Source: Limnothrix sp. BL-A-16
GTDB taxonomy: Bacteria > Cyanobacteriota > Cyanobacteriia > CACIAM-69d
Direction: 5' to 3'
Assembly (NCBI GenBank): GCA_041937175.2
Contig: CP166615.1
Span: 1,952,001-2,016,000, forward strand
DNA length: 64,000 nucleotides
Below are positions 1 through 10,396 of this stretch, in pieces. Below the pieces are notes generated by a model. It ran no database searches. It saw only the letters and a program-made list of their open reading frames with translations, and was not told the origin of the DNA. Position numbers and translations under genes: made by a program. How positions within the stretch are numbered: position 1 is the first letter of the stretch; the number at the start of each line of letters is the position of its first letter.

Positions 1-82
1 TGGGTTCCCTGCGAGCCGGGCGCAACGATCGTTGTGTCTCACCACCGCCAGCAACACCCTAGGAATGCTTCAACCTTCGCCG

Positions 83-496
83 TTACTCCACCACATCACG
101 GGCATATTCTTCATTCACAGCCTGGCGGGGAATGGTGCAAAAACGCTTGACTGTCAGGGCAATTGTCTTTTTAGGAACGCCGCCTTTGAGATAAATGTCA
201 TATTCCATGGCCAAGGTTTTTTCGGAAGCAATATAGGCCTTGACCATAATATATTCACTGTTAATGGCGTTCACGCACTCCAAACATTGGGCGCGGGTGG
301 CCGTTTCCGCAATGCCAAAAAGAGTCAGCAATCGCACTCGATCTTTGTTCTCGCTCAGGAAAACATAACACTTGATTTCTTCCTGAATCAGAATGTCGCC
401 ATCGTCATCGATCGAAACATCCATCAGCGCTTCATCAAAGATGGATTGCAACAGAGCTTTTGAAGCATTACTGGGTGTGACTAGCTCTTCGTTCAT
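83..496 (-). CDS. YbjN-family (putative sensory transduction regulator) domain protein
   Basis: ORF 83..559, likely start at MNEELV (496). The IDDDGD and 'VNAINSEYIMVKAYI...EYDIYLKGGV' pattern resembles the YbjN fold. Confidence 0.65.
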   Translation of the reverse strand: MNEELVTPSNASKALLQSIFDEALMDVSIDDDGDILIQEEIKCYVFLSENKDRVRLLTLFGIAETATRAQCLECVNAINSEYIMVKAYIASEKTLAMEYDIYLKGGVPKKTIALTVKRFCTIPRQAVNEEYARDVVE

Positions 497-690
497 GATT
501 TTGGACTGCGATGAATGGATGTGATGATTGTTGTTGGCCGAGTGGTGGTTAAAAGTCATTCAGCAAGATCAATTCAGAAGGATTAATTGAGGACTGTGGC
601 CAACAGGATGTTGAGTCCGTTCTTGTTTCGGCCTAATCTTAACAAGCGAAAGTGGGGACTGATGGTGTTGTGGTGGCGGGCAGATCGGCA

Positions 691-1881
691 ATGCGGTTTT
701 TAGTGGAAGGTTGGCTGTCGGCTCCCCACTCCTACACAACGGTGAATCAGTTCCAATGCTTGGCGCTGCTGGGGCGATCGGGGCTGCAACTGTTTCATCG
801 CGAGCAACCGTTGGCCCATGGCTGGCAGCCGATCGCGGGGCAATTGGATCCGGAGCGATCGCGCCGCTTGGCCCAAATTCCAGCCCCCGATGGCGAACCG
901 GTGGATGGCCTGTTGCGGATCGATTCGCCCTATCGATTGGAGCCTGACCCGATCGCCCGTCGATCATTGGTATTTGCCACGGCGGAATTTGGCAAACTGC
1001 ACCATGAATATTGGCAATGGATGGGGTGCGCCCAAAAAACGAGCAAGTGGGCGGCGGCCGGGGGCGATCGGGGAGCCGTGGTGCTCACCCCTTCAGCCTG
1101 GTCGCGGCAAGGGCTAATCCACAGCGGCGCAGCGCCCGATCAAGTCGTGGTGTTGCCCCATGGGGTGGATCCCCAGATTTATCATCCCTTGGCAGCAGCC
1201 GATCGCTCGGCCCTGCGGCGGGCCTGGGGCTGGGAGGGTTGCCAAGTCCTGCTGAACGTGGGGGGCACGATTCCCCGCAAGGGTGGCGATTTGTTAATTT
1301 TGGCATTGGGGGCAGTGATGGAGCGATCGCCCCAATTGCGTTGGGTTTTGAAGGCCAATGACGCAGTTTATGGGCGCGATCGGGGGCGGGCCGCCTGGGT
1401 GAATCAGGTGCGATCGCTGTTGCCATCCGATCGGGCCCAACGGTTGCTCGATCGAACGATTTACCTCAACAAATTTTTGTCCTACCAAGACATGGCCAAG
1501 CTTTATCAAGCGGCCGATGGCTATGTGTCGCCCTACCGCGCGGAGGGATTTAACCTGCCTGTGTTGGAAGCGATCAGCTGTGGGTTACCGGTCATTTGCA
1601 CCCAAGGTGGGCCCACCGATGAATTTACCGACCCTGCCTTTACTCTCCCGATCGCCAGTCAACTGATTGAGCAACCTGTTCAATACCCGGATGGCGTTTC
1701 CGAAACCGTTTGGATGTGGGAGCCGGATTGCGATGCCTTGATCCATTGCCTAGAAACCTGGCTCGATCGCCCCCAATGGCAAACGGCGGCCCGGGCGGCC
1801 GGCCCCGCTTGGGTGCAAAGCCGGTTCACCTGGGACCACGCCGTGGACAAACTCCTGAGCCTGCTGATCCAGCAACCCTAG
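691..1881 (+). CDS. Glycosyltransferase family 4 (GT-B)
   Basis: Contains 'PHGVDP', 'RKGGDLLI' and the GT4 signature 'EGFNLPVLEAISCGLPVI'. Start placed at ATG 691. Confidence 0.9.
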   Translation: MRFLVEGWLSAPHSYTTVNQFQCLALLGRSGLQLFHREQPLAHGWQPIAGQLDPERSRRLAQIPAPDGEPVDGLLRIDSPYRLEPDPIARRSLVFATAEFGKLHHEYWQWMGCAQKTSKWAAAGGDRGAVVLTPSAWSRQGLIHSGAAPDQVVVLPHGVDPQIYHPLAAADRSALRRAWGWEGCQVLLNVGGTIPRKGGDLLILALGAVMERSPQLRWVLKANDAVYGRDRGRAAWVNQVRSLLPSDRAQRLLDRTIYLNKFLSYQDMAKLYQAADGYVSPYRAEGFNLPVLEAISCGLPVICTQGGPTDEFTDPAFTLPIASQLIEQPVQYPDGVSETVWMWEPDCDALIHCLETWLDRPQWQTAARAAGPAWVQSRFTWDHAVDKLLSLLIQQP

Positions 1882-2825
1882 TGCGCCCGAGCCACCAAAG
1901 CCCGGTGACGCACCGTGGTTTCTTGGATGGTGACCAGCTCAAAGCCCGCTTGCTCGATCGCCTCGCCCAAGTCCAGCGCAAAGTACTGATCCAAAAACGG
2001 CTCCGTACTCTTGAGCAGGGTCAGGATATAGGGCGGCATTTGGGCATAAATCTGGGATTTGGGGTTCATGTCCATAATGCCCAGATAGCCACCGGGTTTC
2101 AGCAACCGCCGGGCCTCTTGCAAAATCGCGATCGCCGCCGTCTGGGGCAGCTCATGGTATAGCAGGCAAGCCGAAACTAAGTCATAGCTCGCGGCCGGTA
2201 AGCCGGTGTTTTCCGCTGCCGCATGAACCCAATGGGGCTGGGCCCGATCGGGATTCATAGGGGAATGGTGCGTATTGTAGGCGGCCACCGCCAGGAAATT
2301 CGGCGACAGATCTACCCCCGTTAGCTGGGCTTGGGGATAAATTCGCTGCAAGGCAAAGGTGCTCATCCCCACGCTGCATCCCAAGTCCACAATCTCCCGA
2401 GGCTCGATCGCCACCGTGGCTTGCAGCACGTCATGGTAAGCGGCCCGCAATTTTGCGTCCCCTTCCGGGGTTTTTTCGCCAAAAATGGTGGAATGCACCG
2501 AATAGGCCGCCACTTCCACCTCGCTGGCCGGCTCCCAACCCAAATTCCCGTCGGGATAGGCATGGAAGGGATTGAGGTAATAGGCCGGGTAGGTCAGGTT
2601 GGGGTTGCTGACCTGGGCCAGTTCCGCCGACCAATCCCGACTTTGCAATTCAGCGGCCGTCTTGCGCCAGGGAATGCCCATGCTTTCAGCCCGCTCAATC
2701 ATCATCTTGCGGGCGCGGCTACGGGCAAAGTTAGCCAGGGGTTTGATGGACAGCAGCCCATTCACCAAACGCGAGGCGGGGCCGGGTTTCACAAAGGCAG
2801 TGGCGGTCATGGAAAGGTCAGGCAA
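1878..2825 (-). CDS. Class I SAM-dependent methyltransferase
   Basis: Motif I 'VDLGCSVG', plus 'GVDLS' and 'EARRLLKPGG'. Confidence 0.9.
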   Translation of the reverse strand: MPDLSMTATAFVKPGPASRLVNGLLSIKPLANFARSRARKMMIERAESMGIPWRKTAAELQSRDWSAELAQVSNPNLTYPAYYLNPFHAYPDGNLGWEPASEVEVAAYSVHSTIFGEKTPEGDAKLRAAYHDVLQATVAIEPREIVDLGCSVGMSTFALQRIYPQAQLTGVDLSPNFLAVAAYNTHHSPMNPDRAQPHWVHAAAENTGLPAASYDLVSACLLYHELPQTAAIAILQEARRLLKPGGYLGIMDMNPKSQIYAQMPPYILTLLKSTEPFLDQYFALDLGEAIEQAGFELVTIQETTVRHRALVARAH

Positions 2826-3070
2826 AGTTGTTTGGGTTAAAGCTTTTTTGAGTTGAAGCTTTGGGATGAGATCTTGAGGGTGGAATTTTTGGGGCTAATT
2901 AAGTTTTTGCAAGTTTTTTGAATTTTGAAGATTGGGTTTTGAAGGTTGGGTGAGTTTTGAGGCTCGGAAGGTTGAGGGTTGAACTTGGATTTTCTGGATA
3001 TTGTATCAGTCTTCAGAGAATGTCTGAAAAGCCCAAATTGCTACTTTGTGCGCCCCAGCGATCAGGGTAA

Positions 3071-3090
3071 ACAAGGGGCTTAAGACCCTT
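3071..3090. repeat. Degenerate copy of the CAAGGGGCTTAAGCCCCTTG palindrome
   Basis: Sequence ACAAGGGGCTTAAGACCCTT matches the other copies in the window. Confidence 0.7.
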
Positions 3091-3293
3091 CCACGACTAT
3101 TGGTGCTTGGCCCATGCCAAAAGATACTTTTCAAACATCTTCTAACGGTTGTGGTAACGGTTGCGGTTCGATCGCCCCCACCAAGGCAACTGAATCGCAC
3201 AGATCGATCGCGCAGTTGGTCGCTTCCCAAGCCGTGAGCTATGATGCTGCCTGAATTTGCGAAAATCGCCGCCCTGGGACGAAACCCTGAACC

Positions 3294-3497
3294 TTGATGC
3301 AATCGCCCAACCCAGAAACCTTGAGCATGGTGCTGAAAGTCGCGGTCTTGTCCGTGGTGCTGTCGGTGGCCATCAAGCTAACAGCCTATGGGTCGATCGG
3401 CACGCCGCCAGATTGGGTGGCTTGGGTCATGATCCTGTTGCCATCACTGATTTTGGCGGGTTGGATGTGGCAGCAAAGCAAACCCGATCGCCCATAA
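3294..3497 (+). CDS. Small two-TM hypothetical membrane protein
   Basis: 67 aa with two hydrophobic helices, upstream of the AI-2E permease on the same strand. Confidence 0.6.
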   Translation: MMQSPNPETLSMVLKVAVLSVVLSVAIKLTAYGSIGTPPDWVAWVMILLPSLILAGWMWQQSKPDRP

Positions 3498-3620
3498 GTC
3501 ATCCGTCAATCACCCCAAGATCCGTAGATCACCCCAACATCTGCCCCGCACATCACCCCGCCAATCGCCCAGACAGTTGCACAGGAAATTGCACAAGAAA
3601 TCGCACAGGACGCTCGGTTC

Positions 3621-4793
3621 ATGACCCTCGGACGCTGGTTAGGCTTACTGGTTTTTATTGCGGCCCTGTATGTGCTGTGGGCTGTGCGGCAGTTGGTGCT
3701 GATGATTTTTGGCGCGATCGCCATTGCCGTTGCGATCGACCGATTGGCCCGCGCCCTGCTTACCTTCCAGTTTCGGGGGCGCAACCTGCTCCAGGATCGA
3801 ACAAAGGCAATTTTTGGGGCGATCGGGCTGTTGGTGGCTTTTTTCTTAGGGGCCATGTTGTTGGTTGTGCCCCCCTTTGCGGCTCAATTTCGGGAGCTGA
3901 CCGAGTTGGTTCCCGTGGCGCTCGATCGCCTCGATACCTGGTTCAGCAACTTTTCCCAACAGCCCTTGGGCCAGTGGTTACAAACGGTTCTCCCCAACCC
4001 CGACTTCCGCAGTTTGCTCACCCAGGCCCAACCAGCCATTAATCCGCTCTTTCGAGGCGGGTTTGCCCTGTTTGCCAGCACCCTGGGTGGGTTCTTCAAC
4101 CTGCTGTTGGTGACCATTTTGGCCCTGATGATGCTGTTCGATCCATTGCCCTATCGCAATGCCTTCGTGCAGCTCTTTCCCTCCTTCTATCGGCGGCGGG
4201 TAATCACCATTCTCGATCGCTGCCGCAATTCTCTTGATGCTTGGCTGCTGGGCATTTTGCTGAACATGTCGATCATTGGTGTCCTCAGCGGCACGGGATT
4301 GGCCTTGATGGGGGTGAAGCTGGCCCTGGCCCACGGGGTTTTGGCGGGTTTGCTGACGTTCATTCCCAATGTGGGGCCGGTGTTGAGTGTGTTGCCGCCG
4401 ATGCTGGTGGCACTGTTAGATGATCCGCTCAAATCCTTGCTGGTGCTGGGTTGGTACGTGATTGTGCAGCAGTTGGAAACCAATTTGCTCACGCCGATGG
4501 TGATGTCCAAGCAGGTGTCCCTGCTACCGGCCGTGACGCTGATTGCCCAAATCTTTTTTGCGACCTTTTTTGGGTTCACGGGGCTGGTGTTGGCGTTGCC
4601 GCTGACCGTGGTGGCTCAAGTTTGGTTCCAGGCAGTGTTGGTTGAGGATGTGCTGGATCACTGGGATCAGGGGCCGCGCTGGCTGCGATCGAGCCGAGAA
4701 GGGGCGATCGATTCCGATTCTGAACAGGCGTTACCGGCGGCCGTGGCCGTGGGTGGCGATGATTCTCAAGTTCCTGAGCCATCAGACTCCTGA
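3621..4793 (+). CDS. AI-2E (PerM/UPF0118) family transporter
   Basis: Multi-TM protein with family motifs 'FIPNVGP', 'QQLETNLLTPMVM' and 'GLVLALPL'. Confidence 0.9.
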   Translation: MTLGRWLGLLVFIAALYVLWAVRQLVLMIFGAIAIAVAIDRLARALLTFQFRGRNLLQDRTKAIFGAIGLLVAFFLGAMLLVVPPFAAQFRELTELVPVALDRLDTWFSNFSQQPLGQWLQTVLPNPDFRSLLTQAQPAINPLFRGGFALFASTLGGFFNLLLVTILALMMLFDPLPYRNAFVQLFPSFYRRRVITILDRCRNSLDAWLLGILLNMSIIGVLSGTGLALMGVKLALAHGVLAGLLTFIPNVGPVLSVLPPMLVALLDDPLKSLLVLGWYVIVQQLETNLLTPMVMSKQVSLLPAVTLIAQIFFATFFGFTGLVLALPLTVVAQVWFQAVLVEDVLDHWDQGPRWLRSSREGAIDSDSEQALPAAVAVGGDDSQVPEPSDS

Positions 4794-4970
4794 GCTACAG
4801 GATTGGCGATCGCGACCCGTGTAGCACGTTGGATTGTTGAGTTGAATGTTTGATCAAAACAGCCCAACATCCCCCAACGCCGCGAAACCCAGATCGCGCG
4901 ATGACAGCCACCCGGCTAAAATGACAACAACTCACCACTTGCTCATGGTTGGGGCAAGTGCTTGCGCTAC

Positions 4971-6056
4971 ATGGCCTTTAGCGACAGTCGGCGCTACTAT
5001 CAAATTTTGGAACTGGAACCTGGCGCTTCAGCCGAGGAAGTGAACCAGGCTTACAAAGACCTGGCTTTCGTTTGGCATCCCGATCGGATCCCAGACGACA
5101 ATCCCCGTTTGAAAGCCAAGGCCCAAGAAAAACTGAAGCAGCTCAATGAAGCCCGGGGCTTCTTTCGGGCCCATTTTCGGCAGCGGCCCAGCAGCGGGGC
5201 CCCAGCAGAACGCACCGTCGCCCAACCCCATGGGCGATCGACAGCGCATCACCACAAAAACCCATACCATGCCGGTGTGCATCATCACGGCGCTAGCCAT
5301 AGTGCCAGCAATGGCGCTAATCACAGCACAAGCCATGGCACAAACCACAGTACGAGCCAGGGCGGCTCGGCCCAAGGTTTTGGGGCCAATGGGCAATCAA
5401 CCCCCAAAGCAGGAACCTACGGAGCCAGTGCCAATGGCTCCAGTGGATCCAGCACCTACGGATACAGCACCCAGGGTGCATCAACGGGGGCGGTTCACGG
5501 CCCAGGCATCTATCCCGAACCAGAGCCGTTCGCTTGGAAAACACCCCGTCGATCGCCCTTCAGTAGCCATCCCCCCGGTGACCCCACGGCGGAAACGACC
5601 GCCAATCGATCGCCCGAACCACCACCCCGACGACCCCGCCCCCCGATTGTGCCGCCCCAATGGCAAGATCAACCGCCGCCTCGGCCCGCTGCCGACTTGA
5701 GCGGAGTCAAAATGCGCGGAGCCAACCTGCGGGAACGGGATTTTGCGAGCCGAAACCTCAGCGGGGCTGACCTAGCGGGAGCTGATTTGACGGATGCATT
5801 TATGCACCGCGTGAACCTGAGCGGGGCCAACCTGAGCGGGGCCCGGCTGTTTCGGGCCAACCTGCTGCAAGCGAACCTGAGCGGGGCCGACCTGAGCGGT
5901 ACGGACTTGATCGGGGCTGACCTGAGTGGGGCTGACCTCCGGGGAGCCAATTTGACCAATGCCAAAATGACCGTCGGTGGGCGGCTGATGGTGCGGTTAA
6001 CGGGGGCCAAGCTGGATGGGGCGATCGTCCCGGCGGATCTGAGGCGATCGCCCTAG
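4971..6056 (+). CDS. DnaJ (J-domain) protein with C-terminal pentapeptide repeats
   Basis: N-terminal J domain with HPD ('WHPDR'), a low-complexity linker, then A(D/N)LSG pentapeptide repeats. Confidence 0.9.
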   Translation: MAFSDSRRYYQILELEPGASAEEVNQAYKDLAFVWHPDRIPDDNPRLKAKAQEKLKQLNEARGFFRAHFRQRPSSGAPAERTVAQPHGRSTAHHHKNPYHAGVHHHGASHSASNGANHSTSHGTNHSTSQGGSAQGFGANGQSTPKAGTYGASANGSSGSSTYGYSTQGASTGAVHGPGIYPEPEPFAWKTPRRSPFSSHPPGDPTAETTANRSPEPPPRRPRPPIVPPQWQDQPPPRPAADLSGVKMRGANLRERDFASRNLSGADLAGADLTDAFMHRVNLSGANLSGARLFRANLLQANLSGADLSGTDLIGADLSGADLRGANLTNAKMTVGGRLMVRLTGAKLDGAIVPADLRRSP

Positions 6057-6093
6057 CAATGGGTCAGGATTGCCCCCAGTCCTGGAATTGCAC

Positions 6094-6714
6094 CTAAGCT
6101 TCCCAATCAGGACAAGCACCCTCCGTCCAACCAAAGGGATACATCCCGCAGATCAGCAGCGTGCCATTGTAGACCCGGCCATGGTAGTGGCGACAGCCCA
6201 CACAGGCGGCATGGCGGTCAACCGGCGGCACTTTGGGGTTGAGCTGGTCGTAAAGCGCATCGTATTGGTTCAGGGTCGGCGGGGCCAAAGTTGCCCGATC
6301 GCCCTCCGATTCCGGTTCTTCGGGGGTGAAAGGATTGACCGGAAAACCGGTTTCCGCCCAGTCTGCCCACAGGGGCGCTAACCAATCGTTCACCTCAGCG
6401 GCCCACTGTTCGATCGCCCCGTCCACCTCCTGGCACAGTCGATCGACCTCAATTCCCCACTGTTCAGCCAAATGGGTTTCCACTTGCTCCTGTAGGTTAA
6501 GGGCCGTTTGCTCCAGTTCCCGGGCCGAATCCGTTAGCCATTGATCCACCTGGGTCACGGTTGATTCCACCGATTCGGCCATGGTGGCGATCACTGCATC
6601 CATCGTGGCTTCCACTTCCCGGGCGATCGGCTCCCAATCCCGAGTAATGGGGGTCAACCACTGTTCAAGATTCTTAGCCCAGTTCCCGGCCCAATCATCT
6701 CTCCAATCGTCCAT
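6094..6714 (-). CDS. Hypothetical protein with helical N-terminus and C-terminal Cys4 motif
   Basis: 206 aa, ending 'CVGCRHYHG...ICGMYPFG...CPDW'. Confidence 0.75.
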   Translation of the reverse strand: MDDWRDDWAGNWAKNLEQWLTPITRDWEPIAREVEATMDAVIATMAESVESTVTQVDQWLTDSARELEQTALNLQEQVETHLAEQWGIEVDRLCQEVDGAIEQWAAEVNDWLAPLWADWAETGFPVNPFTPEEPESEGDRATLAPPTLNQYDALYDQLNPKVPPVDRHAACVGCRHYHGRVYNGTLLICGMYPFGWTEGACPDWEA

Positions 6715-7028
6715 TCATATCTCCGCGTTTCCGCTTGGGGCCCCCATGTCACCAACCGCTGCCACCTCGGTGATGCGATCGAGTGGCCAGCTTGAGGGGC
6801 TGTTCCCAGCTTAAGAGCTGGATCCCGATCGCTGCCAAGGGGATCCCTCTAAATTCTTGGGGGTAATTCTTGGGGGCAATTCCTGGAGACGGTCGGTTAT
6901 CTCCTCAAAGCCGAACCGGATCCCGATCGCCCCGCCACGGGTGTTTGCGCCTATGATGCCTACTATGATGTGCGTTGCACTTTTGCGCTGCTGCCTTTGA
7001 AGGCGCGATTTTTTTCCGGTACTTGCCC

Positions 7029-7304
7029 ATGGATACTTCAATCAACCTGCTGGCCAACACCATCCTGCAATTCGTCAACATTTATACGTTGGTGATCTTC
7101 ATTCGGATTCTGCTTAGTTGGTTTCCAAACATCGATTGGTTTTCCCAGCCCTTTGCCACAGTGGGGCAGTTAACCGATCCTTACCTGAATCTGTTTCGAT
7201 CGATCATCCCGCCCCTGGGTGGCTTAGATTTTTCGCCCATGCTGGCCATTTTGGCGCTGCAATTGCTGTCCCAATTGGTCAGCAGCGCTGTGATGGCCTT
7301 GTAG
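7029..7304 (+). CDS. YggT/YlmG family membrane protein
   Basis: 'RILLSWFP...LTDPYLNLFRSIIPPLGGLDFSP' is the YGGT signature. Confidence 0.93.
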   Translation: MDTSINLLANTILQFVNIYTLVIFIRILLSWFPNIDWFSQPFATVGQLTDPYLNLFRSIIPPLGGLDFSPMLAILALQLLSQLVSSAVMAL

Positions 7305-7328
7305 CCAGAGGGCCCGGTCACCAATGGT

Positions 7329-8009
7329 TCAGAGCTGGCCCGGAGACGAGGGGCGATCGGGCTGGTGTTGTTGCTGGCGATAGAGACCATAGCCAATGGC
7401 GAAGGGTTTCAGCAGCCCATACAAACCAGCCAACACGCCCCAGATCAACCCAATCACCAGGGCTGGACGATGGGCCGCCAAGTCGTTGGCCATCCGCTCC
7501 AGCAGGGTATGGGGCTGGGTGAACAAGTCCCAACTGTTGAAGCGCCAAAACCGGCCCACAAACACCCCCACCGCCGACAGGCCATGGAGCAACTGTTCCA
7601 TGAGCGGAATCCAGCGGCTGCGCCCGATCGCCCGGAGCCATCCATCCAGCCACACCAGTGACCAAACATAGGCCCCAAAGCCCACGGCCACAAACAGAAC
7701 GTATTGCGGAATCACGATCATCACCGTGGCCCAAAGGGACGTGTAGCGATAGCGAATGTCATTGACCAAATGAATCAAATCGGTCAAGACATAGGGCGCA
7801 TTGGGTAAGAACAAAATGAACATGATCGCCAGCCCCCACCACAGGGGCGATCGGGGCGATCGAGCGGGGCGGTGTCGAAAGAGCCAAGCGGCAATTCCCA
7901 AAGGGACAATGGCTAAGAATAAATTCCAAGCCATCCAATAGCTGTTATCGGCCCAGAGTGCGATCGTAATCCGCAGCCACTGCGCCAATGTTTTGAGAAG
8001 GGGTTCCAT
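7329..8009 (-). CDS. DUF1361-family membrane protein
   Basis: Motifs 'WNLFLAIVP', 'FLPNAPYVLTDLIHL' and 'GRFWRFNSWD'. Confidence 0.85.
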   Translation of the reverse strand: MEPLLKTLAQWLRITIALWADNSYWMAWNLFLAIVPLGIAAWLFRHRPARSPRSPLWWGLAIMFILFLPNAPYVLTDLIHLVNDIRYRYTSLWATVMIVIPQYVLFVAVGFGAYVWSLVWLDGWLRAIGRSRWIPLMEQLLHGLSAVGVFVGRFWRFNSWDLFTQPHTLLERMANDLAAHRPALVIGLIWGVLAGLYGLLKPFAIGYGLYRQQQHQPDRPSSPGQL

Positions 8010-8074
8010 AGCCGATCGCCTTGATCAGAAGCGTTTGAGATCAGAAGCGTTTGAGGACGGTTCAAATTGAGCCA

Positions 8075-8256
8075 GGCAAATTCAATCAGGCCAATTCAAT
8101 CAGGCAAGTTAAACCGGGCAAATTTAACCAGATAGATTCAACCGAGCAAGTTCAATTGAGCAAATTCAATCGAGCAAATTCAATTGGGCAAATTCAATCG
8201 AGCAAATTCAATTGGGCAAGTTCAATTGGGCAAATTCAATTGGGCAAATCTAACCC
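8075..8256. repeat. Intergenic tandem array of 13 x 14 bp (consensus RGCAAATTCAATYG)
   Basis: Thirteen consecutive 14-bp units read directly, with no spacers between them. Confidence 0.9.
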
Positions 8257-8269
8257 GACCCAGATCCTC

Positions 8270-10396
8270 TCAGGAAGACTGAATCAAGGTTTGTAATCGA
8301 TCGGCTGCCGGTTGGTCTCCCAAAGCCAAGTACAAATCTCGGGCCTGTTTCAGATGCTCGATCGCCTCAGCAGAACGGTGTTGAGATCGACGTAGACGGG
8401 CAAGCACCAGGTGTGGCTCCGGGTCGTGAGGATTATGGGCGATCGCCTGCTCCAGTTCCTTCGTTGCCTCGTCCCACTGCTCCTGTTGGATCAACACCCC
8501 AGCCCAGGCCACACGATAGGCCGCCTGATCCGGGTCAAGCCCCCTTGCTTGCCAAGTCTGTTCAATCGCCTTAGCCGCTTCGCCACGGCCTTGATAGGCA
8601 TAAAGATCTCTCGCCGCGATCGCCGCTTGCAGGGCCTGGGCCTGTGCGCCGTGGGCCTCCAGAGCCTTCGCCAGGGCCAAATGGGCATCGGGATCGCTGG
8701 GATGTTGCCGAATGGCCGCCTCTAGCAGGGGAGCCGCTTCCGCCGGCTGGTCATTGTCCAACAGCGCAATCCCCGCCATCAGGGGCGATTCCGTCAAAGA
8801 TGAAGCATTAAACGCACTGCTGCCACCGGTTTGAACCGTTTCCGCGATCGCCCGCACCTGCTCCAACTTGCCCAGGGCCCAACTGGCGGTCTGTTGGACT
8901 TGTTGATCCGGGTCGCGGGCCGCCATGCCCATCATTTGGCTCAGGCGAGTCACTTGTTCATAAACCTGCGTTAAATCCCGAATCGCATTGGTGCGAACTT
9001 CCGGATTCGGATCCCGCAGGGCCAGGGCCATCGCCTCCAGGGTGGGTTCCAACACCCGCGACCCGATCGAGGTTAAAGCCGCGATCGACAGGCTTCGTTG
9101 CTTGGAATCCCCATTCAGCAACACATCCATCAGGGGGCGCAGGGCCCGAGAGTCGCCCCGTTGTCCCAATTCCCAAATGGCCTTGCGGCGATCGGCCGCG
9201 TTGTCGCTGCGGAGATTTTGAATCGCCCGCTCAATCAGGCTCGGTTGCACCACCCGCGTAGGCGCAAGGGCCATTGGACTGGGCAAGGGAGCCATCGGGT
9301 TGGTTGCGGCATTGGGTGCGGCTTTCGGCGCAGCAGCGTTCGCCGCCGGACTGGGCAAGGGCGCAGACGCTGCCGGTTCAGGTGCTGTGGATTCCGCAGG
9401 AGCCGGAGCCGCTGTTCCCGCAGGCTCGGCCGAAGGTTCCGCATTGGCTGCTGGGGCTGGTTTTTGCCAAGGAAACAACCGGCGACGGGGTTTCGATTCT
9501 GGCTTGATCTCCGGCGGTGCGATCGGGGCGGCCGTTTCCAACGCCATAGCATTTTGACCATTGTGAACCGCCGCACTGTGGGCATTGAGGGTGGGGCCCA
9601 CATCCCGGGGCCGGGTCGATCGCGCCGCCGGAGCCAACGGAGCGCCCCAAGGGTCGATCGCCTCCAAACCCTCTACGGCATCTGGATCCGCCAAAGGGTC
9701 AAAATCTGCCTCCGCATCCGCATCCGCCTCATCCCAACCAAAATGTTCATTATTCCGAACTTGGCGAACAAACCAAACCAAGCCCCCCAACAAACCAAGC
9801 CCCCCAATTCCCGCCGCCCCAAACAATACGATTCGGCGTTGGAAAGCCCGTTGATCGTTTTTGGGTTTCTTGGGCTTTTTATTTTGTTGGTTCTGATTAT
9901 TATTTTGATTATTGTTTTGATTATTGCCTGAATTTCCTGAATTATTTGAATTATTAGGCTGACTATTTTGATTATTCTGGCTATTGGAATTATTGCTATC
10001 AGAATTACTATTTGAATCGTTGTTGGAATTGCCTTGATTGCCTGAATTATCTTGCCCAGAATTTTGCCCAGCATTCGCCGGTTGCGATTCATTGGGAGCC
10101 GCCTGGGCCACAGGCATCGATGCTGAGGATGGCAAAGACTGGCTAGAACTGCGGTTGGGGCCGCTGATGGCCGGTTGAACTTGGAGCAAGGCTTGGGCCA
10201 CCGTTTCCGTGGCCGCCAGTCCACCGCCGGGGGTGGCCAAACTGCCCAACATTACGATCGCCATGGCCCGGGCTGCGCGATCGCGGGTGCGGGATTTGGC
10301 TCCTGTCCAACTAGCTCGCTTCATAAACAACCGATCGAAAGGGGGCGCGAAATTTGCAGAAAACTTGCGGAAAACGCCTGGAACAGACGCTTGCAA
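8270..10396 (-). CDS. Membrane-anchored HEAT-repeat + TPR protein with N/Q-rich low-complexity region
   Basis: Order of domains: signal-like segment, N/Q tract, TM helix (IVLFGAAGIGGLGLLGGLVWFV), Pro/Ala linker, HEAT repeats (RRKAIWELG, DPNPEVR), TPRs (HPSDPDAHLALA). Start uncertain. Confidence 0.8.
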   Translation of the reverse strand: MQASVPGVFRKFSANFAPPFDRLFMKRASWTGAKSRTRDRAARAMAIVMLGSLATPGGGLAATETVAQALLQVQPAISGPNRSSSQSLPSSASMPVAQAAPNESQPANAGQNSGQDNSGNQGNSNNDSNSNSDSNNSNSQNNQNSQPNNSNNSGNSGNNQNNNQNNNQNQQNKKPKKPKNDQRAFQRRIVLFGAAGIGGLGLLGGLVWFVRQVRNNEHFGWDEADADAEADFDPLADPDAVEGLEAIDPWGAPLAPAARSTRPRDVGPTLNAHSAAVHNGQNAMALETAAPIAPPEIKPESKPRRRLFPWQKPAPAANAEPSAEPAGTAAPAPAESTAPEPAASAPLPSPAANAAAPKAAPNAATNPMAPLPSPMALAPTRVVQPSLIERAIQNLRSDNAADRRKAIWELGQRGDSRALRPLMDVLLNGDSKQRSLSIAALTSIGSRVLEPTLEAMALALRDPNPEVRTNAIRDLTQVYEQVTRLSQMMGMAARDPDQQVQQTASWALGKLEQVRAIAETVQTGGSSAFNASSLTESPLMAGIALLDNDQPAEAAPLLEAAIRQHPSDPDAHLALAKALEAHGAQAQALQAAIAARDLYAYQGRGEAAKAIEQTWQARGLDPDQAAYRVAWAGVLIQQEQWDEATKELEQAIAHNPHDPEPHLVLARLRRSQHRSAEAIEHLKQARDLYLALGDQPAADRLQTLIQSS

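Noticed and set aside
8051..8296. 81-aa ORF with repeated KFN/SIGQIQ motifs
   Set aside because: It is a translation of the 14-bp DNA repeat, whose period is not a multiple of 3, and there is no evidence it is coding.
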